Source: Basidiobolus meristosporus CBS 931.73 | Taxonomy: Eukaryota > Fungi > Basidiobolomycota | Assembly: GCA_002104905.1 (NCBI GenBank) | Contig: MCFE01000447.1 | Span: 1-64,000 of the forward strand | DNA length: 64,000 nt | Direction of reading: 5' to 3' | Shown here: one piece after another, positions 11,901-23,088 of the stretch | How the letters are laid out: each line of letters starts with the position of its first letter | How positions within the stretch are numbered: the stretch's first letter is position 1 | Notes under the pieces: model-generated | What the model saw: only the letters and a program-made list of their open reading frames with translations | Databases searched by the model: none | Told to the model about the DNA's origin: nothing | Made by a program: the position numbers and the translations under genes

Positions 11901-12432
11901 ATATATAAAAGGAACTGTTGATAACTGCTTAAGATACACTTATAAGGTTTCAAAACAGGATCTTGTTGGATACTTCAATGCTGATTGGGGACAAAGCTTA
12001 TACAACAGAAGATCCACCACAGGATATACCTTTCTTTATTGTCAAGGAGCAATTTCATGGAATTCAAGAATGCAACCAACTGTAGTACTCTCCACTACAG
12101 AGGCAGAGTATATGACAACCTGTGAAGCAACAAAAGAAGCAATGTGGTCAAGAAAGCTTCTGATAGATTTCAACCTACATCAAAAATGTCCATTAATTTA
12201 TTTCAAGATAATTAAGGATGTATATAATTAAGTAGAAATCCAACTTTTCATGCCAGGACCAGCATGCAGATACTGGAGATCATTTCATATGGGAAACTTA
12301 GACAATGACTTGTTTATCTCAGTTTACTGTCCTTCAGATGAAATGATTGCAGACATATTTACCCAACCATAAGCTAGAGACAAGTTTGAATATCTTAGGT
12401 CAAAATTAGGACTAGTCAGTATGAACATTTAG
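8943..12432 (+). pseudogene. Decayed copia A gag-pol
   Basis: Fragment ORFs 9039-11721 are collinear with 3433-7404, with stops, frameshifts and internal deletions (e.g. near 11050). Confidence 0.9.
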
Positions 12433-12641
12433 CAGAGTGGGAGTGTTGTAAAAGTTTGTAATTCCGCCTAAATATTCACCTAACTTAGTCCCTCAGATCC
12501 TTACCTTCAATCCTGGAGAATACTGTCCAAATTCCTTGTTGGGACTTACTTTGAATAATTTTACCAAAATACCTTGTATCCAGGACATGAAAATTCACAA
12601 AGTTGTTCAAAGAGCTACAAGCTTTGCACACATGTTCTTGG

Positions 12642-15600
12642 TGTTGTAAGAGTCTTAGAGATATGGGAAGTAATTGGGAATACAAGTAAACTATGTGGCT
12701 TTTACTTAATGACTTATTGAATGTAAACCTAGCATTTATACTTTTACATGGTATTGCATTACAGACATGTAGAATAGGTTAAGGAAGCTCCCAAGAGCAT
12801 GTGTGCAAAGTGTGGGGCTGATTGGACAACTTATCTAATTTCATGGTATGGGTACCTGGCATTTTGGTGAGAATAATCTAAGTAAATCCTGACAAGGAAT
12901 TTGGTCAGTATTCTTTAGGATTTGAAGGTTATGATCTAAGTGACTTAATTAGGTGAATATTTAGGTGGAATTACAAATCTTTACAACACTCCCACTCAGC
13001 TAAATGCTCATACTAGCTAGTCTGCACTTTGACCTAAGATACTCAAGCTTGTCTCTAGCAAATGGTTTTGTAAATATGTCTGCAATCATTTCATTTGCAG
13101 GACAGCAAACTAAGCTAACTAAGTTATTCTCTATAGCTTCACATATGAAATGATGTCTTATATCTATGTGCTGAGTTCTAGCATAAAAAGTTAGATTTCT
13201 ACTTAATTGTATATATCCTTGATTATCTTGAAATAAAGTAATAGGCGTATTTTGACATATGCCTAAATCTATAAAAAGCTTTCTTAACCACATTGCTTCT
13301 TTTGTAGCTTCACAGGCTGCCATGTACTCTGCCTCTGTGGAAGAAAGTGCTATGATTGGTTGCCCTCTTGAGCTCCATGAAATTGCTCCTTGACAGTGAA
13401 GAAAGGTGTATCCTGTGGTGGATCTTCTGTCTTCGAAATTATGTCCTCAATTAACATCAGAGTATCCTGCAGGATCCTGATCTGAATCCCTATAAGTGTA
13501 TCTTCAGCAGATATCAGCAGTTCTTTTTGGATATCTAAAAATCCGCTTAACTACTGCAGTATGATCTGATCCATAGTTCTGATTATGCTGGCTGACAACT
13601 CCCGCTGAATATGAGATATCTGGATGTGTTCCAAGCATGATATATATCAGACTGCCAACCATAGATTGATAAGGAAAGTCAGGGTTTGCAGAGGGCACCA
13701 AGCTCTCTTGATTTGGTTGACTTTTGGCCAAATCAATGTTTCTCTCCAATGGGGTAGCTGCCGGTTTACAGTCTTTCATTTCATGTTTTCTTGGTATATC
13801 CTGAATATACTTGGATTGGCTTAGGGTGATAGTCTGGGTACTTCTGTCTATGGAGAACTTTATACATAAGTAGTAACTGAGTTCTCCTAGATTGGACATC
13901 TTGAACTCTTTAGATAGGCTGGATTTAGTCTCTTCCAATGATGCTAGGTTATTGGTGGCTACAATAAGATCATCCACATATAGAGCTAATAGAACTGGAT
14001 TTGTTCTATCTGGCTTATTGTATTTGCTATTGTCAGCCTTACTCCTTTTAAACTCAAAGATCCCAAATAAGAATGTATCTTGCAGTAGCAGGCTTTTGGT
14101 GATTGTTTGAAGCCCTATAGAGATTTTTAAGCTTGCAGACCAAATGGGGGCTATCTTGGTCCACAAACCTCTCTGACTGGCCAATACACACATCCTCATC
14201 AAGTTCTCCATTCAAAAATGCAGCTTTTACATCTATTTGATGAATAAATAACTTGTATTTGGCTGCAATAGCTAATATCAATCTGATGGAGTTAAACTTG
14301 GCTACCAGTGCTGAGGTCTCAGTATAGCCAAGTCCTTTTGTTTGAGAGTATCTTTTGGCCACAAGTCTTGCTTTGAATCTTTCAATTGAATCATCAACAT
14401 TGTATTTTGTCTTAAAGACCCATCTGCATCCAATTGATTTTTGGTTGATTGGTAATTTGACTAAGTCCCAAGCTTGATTTTCCATCAGGGCCTGATATTC
14501 CTCTGGCATTGCAGATCTCCAAAACTTTGTCTGAGGGCTATTTAGGGCCTCTTTTACAGTCAGGGGCTCATCAATATGGACTGAATAGGCATAGGCTAAG
14601 TTTGTACCCTCATTGATGTAGTAACTTGGGCTATTTCTTGTGTGGTTGAAACTTCTGGCATTTGATACTGAAATGATCACTTCTGGGATATTCCTAAGTA
14701 CTGATTCTGGCTGAACCACAGTTGTAGAGATCTCTGGAGTGAAAAAATTTTCATTACTTAGCTCTGATTCAATCCTGGCTATTGGTGGACTTGAGATCAA
14801 ATTTTCATCATCAACATCTGATGTCATTTCATGTAAATATCTTGAGTTTTGATCAAACAACTCATCCCTGGACTTGGTCAGCTTCTTTGCTTTGGTATTA
14901 TAGAGTCAGTAAGCCTTACTCTCATTGCAGCAGCTCAAAAATATGCATTTTACACTATTTCACTGAAATTTTGACTGATATCGAGGCAGTTTTTTGGCAT
15001 ATGCTGTACACCCAAATATTCTTAGATGTTCTGCACTTTATCTGTAGCCATACCATGCTTTAAATGGAGTAGAATCACAAAGTATTCTGTTATACTCCAA
15101 TTGTTAAGGTATACAGCAGTGGCAACTGATTCCACCCAAAAATCATAGGATAATCTTTGATCATAGATCATAGATCTTGCCATATCAATTATTGATCTGT
15201 TTGCATATTCTGCTACTCCATTTTGTTGTGGGGTGTATGGTACAGCAGTTTCTTTCTTTATCCCATGAGTCTTGCAGAAGTGGATGAAGAGTTTTGAGGT
15301 ATATTCTCCGCTGATGTCAGAGCGTATTTTCTTGATTTTTTCTCCAGTTTCTCCATCCACCATGGCTATAAACTCCATGAGCTTAGACAGAGCTTCTTCC
15401 TTTCTCTCCATGCAGTAGACCCATGTGTATCTTGTATAATCATTGGTAAAGGTGATTAAATACTTCATCCCACCTAAGGATAAATTTTGCAAAGGTCCAC
15501 ACAGATCTGACTGAATTAGATCTAATTTCTTCTTACTTTTGATTAACCCAGAGCTCTTAAATGGTTGTCTGGCTTGTTTCCCATATATGCAGGCTTCACA

Positions 15601-17308
15601 GTGCTCTAAATCAGCTGGGGGATCAATTTTTACTCCAGAAGTTAGCTGATCTTTGATGATTTTGTTCAAATATTCAAAATGGATGTGCCCAAATCTCCTG
15701 GGCCAGGGCATTGTTGTTTGTTCATTTAAGTTACTTATACTGGCTTCCAAATATGATGGAATATAAGTCAACTTATACAGATTCTGATCTCTGATACCCA
15801 CAGCAAAATGGGCACCATTTTGATCAGTGATCTTGCATCCAAAATTGTCAAAGCTGAAACTGAGTCCTTCTGCAGTGGCCTTGCTTACGGATAGTAGGTT
15901 ATTGACTATTTTTGGTACATAAAGTACTTCTTTAAAGGTCAGTATGTGGCTTCCTTTACTGCTTCTAGGTTTATTTGGATAGTTCCTTCTCACACTGCAT
16001 CAAGTGTCCTATTGTCACCCATGAAAACCTTCTTAATTGGAATTTTCTGATATTGGGTAAAAGTTCTTTTTGGCTTGTAAGGTGTTGACATGCTCCAGAG
16101 TCAATGTACCACATCAGGGAAGCCTTGTTTGTGGTCATACTTAGTGCAGATATGAATAGTCTATCTTCAGTTGTTGCGGCATTTCCATATTCAGGCTTCT
16201 TTTGCTGATTATCTCTCTTTTTGCAACACCAGTCTGATGTGTGTACTTTCCTTTTGCAGTAGTTGTAAAACAGATTGCAGTGGTCTTTGTAGGGCCTTGA
16301 GTACTTCTTTTGTTGGTTATTACTGCTTATTACAGAATTTTTGTCTTCCTTCTTATTGGTGCTTGATTTTTTTAATTCTTTGTCCAGGAGCCTTCCATAT
16401 ATGTAATTTAAGGTCAAATCTTTAGTTCTAGACTCTAGGGCTGATACAAGGCCCTGAAACATGTCTGTTGGGCTATTCAGGATGATAACTACCACATCTT
16501 TATCAGTAGTTGGTATACCCACAGATTCCATTTCATCTACCAGCAGGGTAATTCTGTTAATTAGATTTTCATTTCATCTGCTGGCAGAATCTTTGCAGTA
16601 AAGAATTTTTGTCGCAGACAAATTTCCTTAGTAGCTGAACATGACTGGTAGGTATTTTCTAATGCCCTCCAGGCATTCTTTGCTGTTTTTGCTCTTGAGC
16701 ATTGAATTAGCAATTTGGCTTTAACATCAAGGCAAATGCAGTTAAAGGTGCTTTGTTCTTTGTTCTGGTACTTTAAAGCTTCCTCTCCCACATTTTTAGG
16801 AGGGCATTCTTCTCCCATGACAATATTGCAAAGGCCTCTTTCTTGTAGCAGCATCTTCTTCTTCACCTTCCACACTTGGAAGTTAGATCCATCCAACTTT
16901 TCTGCAGAGGGAAAAGTTCCAGTAATAGCAGTAGTAGACATTGCAGAGAGTGACAGCTTGGGGCTCATACCCTGTTGTAAGAGTCTTGGAGATACTGGAG
17001 GTGATTGGGAGGACAAGTAGACTATGTGATATTCACATAATGATATATTGAATATAAAAGTACTATTTATACTTTTACATGGTCTTGGCATAAAAAGCAT
17101 GCAAAATAGATTTAGGAAGGTCCCAAGAACATGTTTGCACAGTTTGGGGCTGTTTAGACAACCTTGAGAATTTTCATGTTTTGGGTATCTGATACTTCTA
17201 AGTAAATCCCAACAAGGGATTTGGTCAGTATTCTCTAGGATTTGAAGGTAATGTTCTAAGTGACTAAGTTAAGTGAATATTTGGGTGGAATTACAAATTT
17301 TTACAACA
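12642..17308 (-). mobile_element. Full-length but decayed copia A element inserted into the 3' LTR of the older copia A
   Basis: LTRs 12642-12988 and 16973-17308. TSD CTTGG at 12637-12641 and 17309-17313. PBS GGGTATGAGCCCC. Fragmented gag-pol ORFs 13000-17100. Confidence 0.9.
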
Positions 17309-17461
17309 CTTGGGACCTTCCTAAGCCTATTACACATATTTGCAATGTCAAGACCATTTAAAGTATATATGCTACTTTTGCATACAATAAATCATGAAGT
17401 GAAACCACATAATCTACTTGTCCTCCCAATTACTTTCAATATCTCCAAGACTCTTACAGCC

Positions 17462-17861
17462 ACTGCTGCTGTTGAAGGGTGTTTGGTACCTCCTTTGCTG
17501 GCTATTATTGCCTAATAATGCATTTTCTTTTTCTTTAAACCTACAGATTCTATCCCATTTACCAATAGAATGAGTATGCCAAATAGACTTTTATTTCTTC
17601 TCCTGAACACTTCCTGTTAGTGAAGAACTTCCTTCTAGAATAAATTTTCTTAGCAGCAGAGCATAACTAGTAAGTGTCTTCTAATGTCTTCCAGTCATTC
17701 TTTGCTGTTTTTGCCCTTGGAAGTTGAATTAACAATTTGTATTTAATATTTATCCCAGTGCAGTTAAAGGCACTTTAGGGCTCCCTCTCCATCAATTTTA
17801 GGTGGGCATCCTTCTCCCATGACAACATGCCAAGTGCCTCTTTCTTATAGCAGCATCTTTA
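17462..17861 (-). pseudogene. Copia A gag fragment, continuation of 1601-2640
   Basis: The sequence resumes the gag region broken at 2640 and is cut at 17861 by a G1 LTR. Confidence 0.65.
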
Positions 17862-19086
17862 TGTTACAAGTCTTGGTATAGGAGTTGTAGAGGAATAGGG
17901 AGTTTAACTAGTATTGTATTCACTAAAACTTGAAATGATCTTTATTGAGATTCCAGCATCTCCTTATATACAATTTGCCAGATCAATTGCTGACTAATTG
18001 TATTTCCTAATGTAGGCTGTGGCCAATGACTCATTTGATTGCATCATCATCACCCAATAAGATTCTACCTAATATATCTATTTCTGTCTGATAAGGATCT
18101 GCTTATTCATTTGCTGACTAATGTTACTGATTTGATAAGTAATACTGATATACTGATAACTTAAACAAATAACTAATTGATTTGACTAAAAACTGATCTA
18201 ACTTAAACATTCAAGCGGCATATCATAACATTCTCCCCTGTGAAAGTTGAGAGGGTTCTCCTGAATCTCTTTTCTTGTGATACCAATACCTTGATGGTTC
18301 AGTATTATCAGCAAGTCTTGCAAGCTTGAGTCTGTCCCTATGCACTAGACTTGTTCCATTGTACCATGCCAGAGCGCGCGGTGCACTCCATGGTTGTAAA
18401 GAACAATTGGGCGCAATATTATAGCGACCAGAAGGCAGGATTGTTCTTGGACAATTTTGCACTATGCAGGACAATCTCACACACTATGGCACAATCTGAC
18501 ACAACAAGGTTGGCACAGATCATTGTGCCAACTTGTAATGTTTGCATCACGTGCGCAACTGGATACCGCTATGATGGCAGGTAAAATCTGGTATTTGGAT
18601 ATGTTTCTTTAATGTAAATGGAAATAAATGTGTATCACACTATAAACTACACTGATACTTACCATGTTGGTTACCCTCACTCCAATTGGATGGAAACTCA
18701 ATGGTTAATTGGTCCAAAAGTATCATGAAGCTGGCAGCCCCCAATTGGCTCATTGACTACTAAGAAAGCTACCTGATTTGCCATCAAATATCCCATTTTG
18801 CCCATTGATCAGGTAAATCCCTGATCCTAGTGATTGGACATGTCATAGCTAGCACACAAGCAATTGTGTGGGTGCAAAACAGATCCAATAGCTGCACTGG
18901 TATTACAGATGACGTGTATATATGCAGGGTGTTTGTTTATAGGGGTTCTGTCTCAAATATGAGACAACCTTGATATTACTTATATCAAAAATTTGATGAT
19001 CACAGATTTGCAATGGCTTAATTTGGATTACAAAAAAAATGGGTTGTTGGGATCATTACAAATATGAGCAATTCAAAGTGATTGCA

Positions 19087-20340
19087 TCATCTTCTCCTGG
19101 GTTTTTTTCTCACAGGGATTACTACTGAAGCATTTGGTAGTAACTCACTTTGCACACCTATACTACTTCCTGGCTGACTATCATCTTGGCTACTTGTGTA
19201 TTTGTAGTCGGTATTTTGCCTCCTAGTTGATGAGTGCAATACCGCAGCTTGGCCGCGCTGAATTGCTCCAACTGAACCAACTGAACCAGCCTGTAGTGAA
19301 ACGCGCTGATGTGTTCTTTTACTTGCCAAGGGCTCTGGTGGTTGAGGCACTTCAAGTTAGTCATCATCAGTCAGTTCACCAGAAGTTACTCACTGATGGT
19401 CAGGCAAAACAGCACGTGCAGGTGCACCTTGACGCGCTGAGATGGCCCTTGGCTGAGCTTGATATGATGCTGCATGTTGACACAACTTGGTCCGCTCCAA
19501 TGGACTTGTGTCTAAATGAGCAGTTTGGCAAGTTCTTGTAGTTTTGCTCTGAAGCATGCAAGTTGACTTGGTGCAGGGTGTTCTGGTAAAGGGTGTTGGC
19601 ATTGTCTAGACTGACATGAGCTGGCGTGCTGTGGTTGCAAGAAATGGTAGGGAATCCAGCAAGGCGTGCTGGCGCAATCTGAACAATGTTGCTTGTGGTC
19701 TGTATTTTTCCTCCTGAAGCGCACCATCTGATTCCTGAAGGTATTCACTTACTTTCTGTTGGATACTTTGAAGCTGTTGCCTGTATGAATCCTGTGTATA
19801 TTGCTCTTGGAAGCCACTTAGCTCTACTAATACATCACAAAGTACATTAGTCATTTGAGGCAAAAACTCATTCAAAATCTCCTTGGTTCCCAAAGTTGAG
19901 GTACAAACGGACGCGTCTGGCCCAAACTATGCAAATTGCGCACAAAATTTTTCCCACACGGCTTCTTTGTCAAATTCCCTCACTTTTAGCTCATTCTTGA
20001 TTTCAGTACTTGTCTTGTTATATATCTTCTTACATACATTGGCTGGCATCTTGATGTAGAACTCATGCCACAGCTTTCTACTCAAATTCTTCCATCTTTG
20101 TCAACTCTCTGAGGTATCTAGTTCTGCTAGATTAATCAGTAGTGCCCAAATATCTGTATGAAGGCTCATCATAGACACTTGTGCCATACTAAAATCATTT
20201 GGCAAGAACTCAAACAGATTCAACATTGACTCTTCTGGTCTGGACCGCTCTTGTGAGCTGGGGGATGGGTTTTGTCTGGGTTGTACTAAAGATGAGTGGA
20301 GGCTTGGCATGGGGACTATAGCAACGGATTTGGATACTTA
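19087..20340 (-). pseudogene. Second gene of the PHIS element, putative Myb/SANT-like DNA-binding partner; spliced and/or decayed
   Basis: ORFs 20101-20310, 19606-19893, 19390-19602 and 19087-19350 share one frame separated by stops. QRWKNLSRKLW motif below 20100. Intron-like signal at 19350-19393. Confidence 0.5.
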
Positions 20341-20910
20341 TACAGCAGTATATTGGCATCAACCTGGTCTTATATGAAATATAAATGAAACTAATGTGAT
20401 TGTTGAATTTTCCATATATTAGGCATGATGCATCTTGGATTACATTGATATGGATCAGATCACATCAATCACAGATTTCCTATTTGATTATAAACCTATG
20501 ATTAAAGCATCAATAAAATACCAAGGCATTGTTTGCGGATGATTTTTGCAACATAATGATGGGATACATGGCAATTGATGGAGATTTAACCATAATGTGT
20601 TAAAAATCAGATAAATAACGCAGATTGCGCCAAATCAATTCAAACCACCTCCATACAATCATCCACCAATTTTAATATAGCTTACTCATCTGAATGGTCT
20701 TTTCTCATCAATCCCATCACTACCACTGGATTTCCTTTTGACACACTAGAGGAGGCCTATTCTAAGTACTGCAGACCATCAACCCCAATCTACTAAAGGA
20801 GATCCCTTGTTAAGCTTCTCTGCTATTACAAGAGCTATTGCCCTACAAGGTTTCATTGCACCATCCATGGCAACAAAAGTCCTAGAAGCTTTCATTCCCA
20901 GCTGACAGCA

Positions 20911-21561
20911 ATGGAGAACCACCTTGCAGAGGGTATGAATGACTTAGAGCAAGCTTGGAATACTAGGTTCAGAAGCTCCAATAGATTTCCATATCCCAGA
21001 GTGTTTAGCAACAGGTTCCATATCAGGAGTATTTTGGATACCTTCCCAGTGAGGATTAACAGACCTTCTAGAGGGCAGAGGCACTTCTATTCTGGCAAGT
21101 ACAAGGCACACTGTGTGAAGTTTCAAGCACTGTCTGACATTGAGGGTAACATCATCTGGTTTAGTGGGTCATTTGCTGGAAGTAGGCATGACAAAGCACT
21201 CTGGGTAGAGAATCATCCTGAATTCAATGGAGGGGAGAAATGTATGGCAGACTTAGCCTATATAGGAGAGGATTGTCAGAGATTTGGATGTATCACAGCG
21301 TATAGGAAGCCAAGGAATGGTGTGCTTAGCAGGAAGCAGAAGCTCTACAATCAGATATTTAATCATTTCAGAGTGAGGGTAGAGCACACATTTGGATATC
21401 TGAAGAGATTCAGCATATTGGCAGGTAAATACAGAGGAAAGTCATATATAGGAGAAAACAGCAGAATAGGTAAAATAGTTAAGATACTTATTAATGCACA
21501 GTATGCTCATACAAGAAGACATTCACTGAGAGAAATGTGTCTGGAGCATTATGAAGAGTAA
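20911..21561 (+). CDS. DDE transposase, DDE_Tnp_4 (Harbinger/ISL2EU-like) catalytic domain
   Basis: ILDTFPVRINRP, FYSGKYKAHCVKFQ, GSRHD, MADLAY, RVRVEHTFGYLKRF. The same frame extends upstream to about 20596 with one in-frame TAA at 20794-20796. Confidence 0.85.
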   Translation: MENHLAEGMNDLEQAWNTRFRSSNRFPYPRVFSNRFHIRSILDTFPVRINRPSRGQRHFYSGKYKAHCVKFQALSDIEGNIIWFSGSFAGSRHDKALWVENHPEFNGGEKCMADLAYIGEDCQRFGCITAYRKPRNGVLSRKQKLYNQIFNHFRVRVEHTFGYLKRFSILAGKYRGKSYIGENSRIGKIVKILINAQYAHTRRHSLREMCLEHYEE

Positions 21562-23052
21562 ATACAGCAAGGAAAGCACTATTCTGAGCAACATAAGTAA
21601 GATTGAGTATAATTACCAGTAACTGTATCATACCACTGGCATCATGGTAGAAATTATAGTGCCAGATAGTGCCGTAGAGTGCCGGATCAATCCAGCACCA
21701 TAAAAGGCTGGTACTATGTGGCACTATCCAACGGAACAAGTCTACTAAGTCTTCCCAGATATTGCCTTGTTTTTCCACTAGTTGGTAAGTGGCAAATGGA
21801 CATTCACCAATGATCTTGAATGGTCCTGTTCATTGTGGCTCAAACTTCTTCCAAGTGTTGTTTCTTAGCAATACAAAGTTCCCAACTGTCATTGCTTCTG
21901 GTGCTATAGTCTTATCAAATCTCTGCTCATCATTTCTGCACTTTGAGATACTTTGGTCTGAGCCTCTTGATGTCTTTGTTCCAGTTGCTGGTGTTTACTT
22001 GGCTAACTAAGTTCATCTTCTAAGGTGTCTGTAAGCTTTGGTTGTGTGTGATCTCCTGGAATCCTTGGCTCACATCCATACACTAAGTAAAATGGTGATT
22101 GCTGGGTGGTGTTGTGTACTCTGACTCTGCATGCAAAGAGTGCTTGGCCCATATACTCATCCCATCTACAGACAACTCCATTTGCATACTTAGTAAGCAT
22201 TTTTCCAGTTAGTCCATTAAACCGCGCAGTGACTCCATTAGTTCTGGGGTAATATGCCAAGGTTTTCAAGTGTCTGACCTGCTGCATTTCCAGGTAAGCT
22301 TCCAATGTCTTTGCCATAAAGTTTGCACCTCTATTGGATAGATTCTCTACAGGGCATCCAAACTTCATAAGAATCTCATGGTGTATGAAACTTGCAACTT
22401 CTTGCTCACTGGCTATAGGTACAGCTTTAGCCACTGGCCATTTTGTAGCATGGTCAATTGCTACTAGGATCCAATGGTTGTATTTCCTGGTAGTTGGCAG
22501 GCTTCCAATAAAGTCAATTCCACATCTTTCAAATGGTCTTACAGGCTCCAAGGGAAAGAGTTTAGCAAATCTCTGTGAATGGCCTTGGTTGATTTTGCAA
22601 TATAGGCATGTTTTCACTAGCTTCTCAGTGTCTTGTCACATTCTGGGCCACCATGCTCTGGCTTTCACAAGACTATAGGTTCCTGTTGAAATATTGGACT
22701 ATTTGGTATCATTCAGCAGCTAGAAATTTACTTAACAATTCTAGGCTAGTCTTAGTCACTGTAGGACTCATTTACTGCCTGAACTTTGCCACTTTCTCCA
22801 GATATATGATCTTATGATTATTCCCCTATAGTCAGGATCAAATTAACACTATTACCAAACATTATGTACTAACCCTGAAACTGTTACAGAATGCTCCTGA
22901 ATATTGAGAAACCCTCCCTACTTAGTGTTGCAGCTGTATTACTTCTACAAAGGTATAAATACTGAGCTTCTTTATGAATAAACAACAGTTCAACAATTAT
23001 CACTATTTCTTGATAAGTTCCTTATATCCAAATCACTTCTTAAATTGCAACA

Positions 23053-23067
23053 GGTTATGAGCCCCGA
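23053..23067 (+). promoter_or_regulatory. Primer-binding site, half-tRNA-iMet type
   Basis: The same 15-mer as 3429-3443, abutting an otherwise divergent LTR. Confidence 0.85.
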
Positions 23068-23088
23068 TTGCCTTAATCTATTCTCAAG

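Larger units (their letters stand above)
2641..17461 (+). mobile_element. Older copia family A element carrying three nested insertions
   Basis: 5' LTR 2641-2987 with degenerate PBS GGTTACAAACCCC. Its gag is split at 3078/7766 and 7846/8943. The 3' LTR is split into 12444-12641 and 17309-~17461. The right end and outer TSD are degenerate. Confidence 0.75.
18347..21743 (+). mobile_element. PIF/Harbinger-superfamily (PHIS) DNA transposon, two divergent genes
   Basis: TIR AGACTTGTTCC(A/G)TTG at both ends. 3-bp TSD ACT at 18344-18346 and 21744-21746; removing the element restores the G1 sequence ATGCACTAAGTC. Confidence 0.88.

Noticed and set aside
19087-20340. Alternative genetic code or RIP as the explanation for in-frame stops
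   Set aside because: Intact ORFs in the window end at standard stops. Any stop can be derived from a C>T change, so the pattern is not diagnostic, and splicing explains some of the stops.
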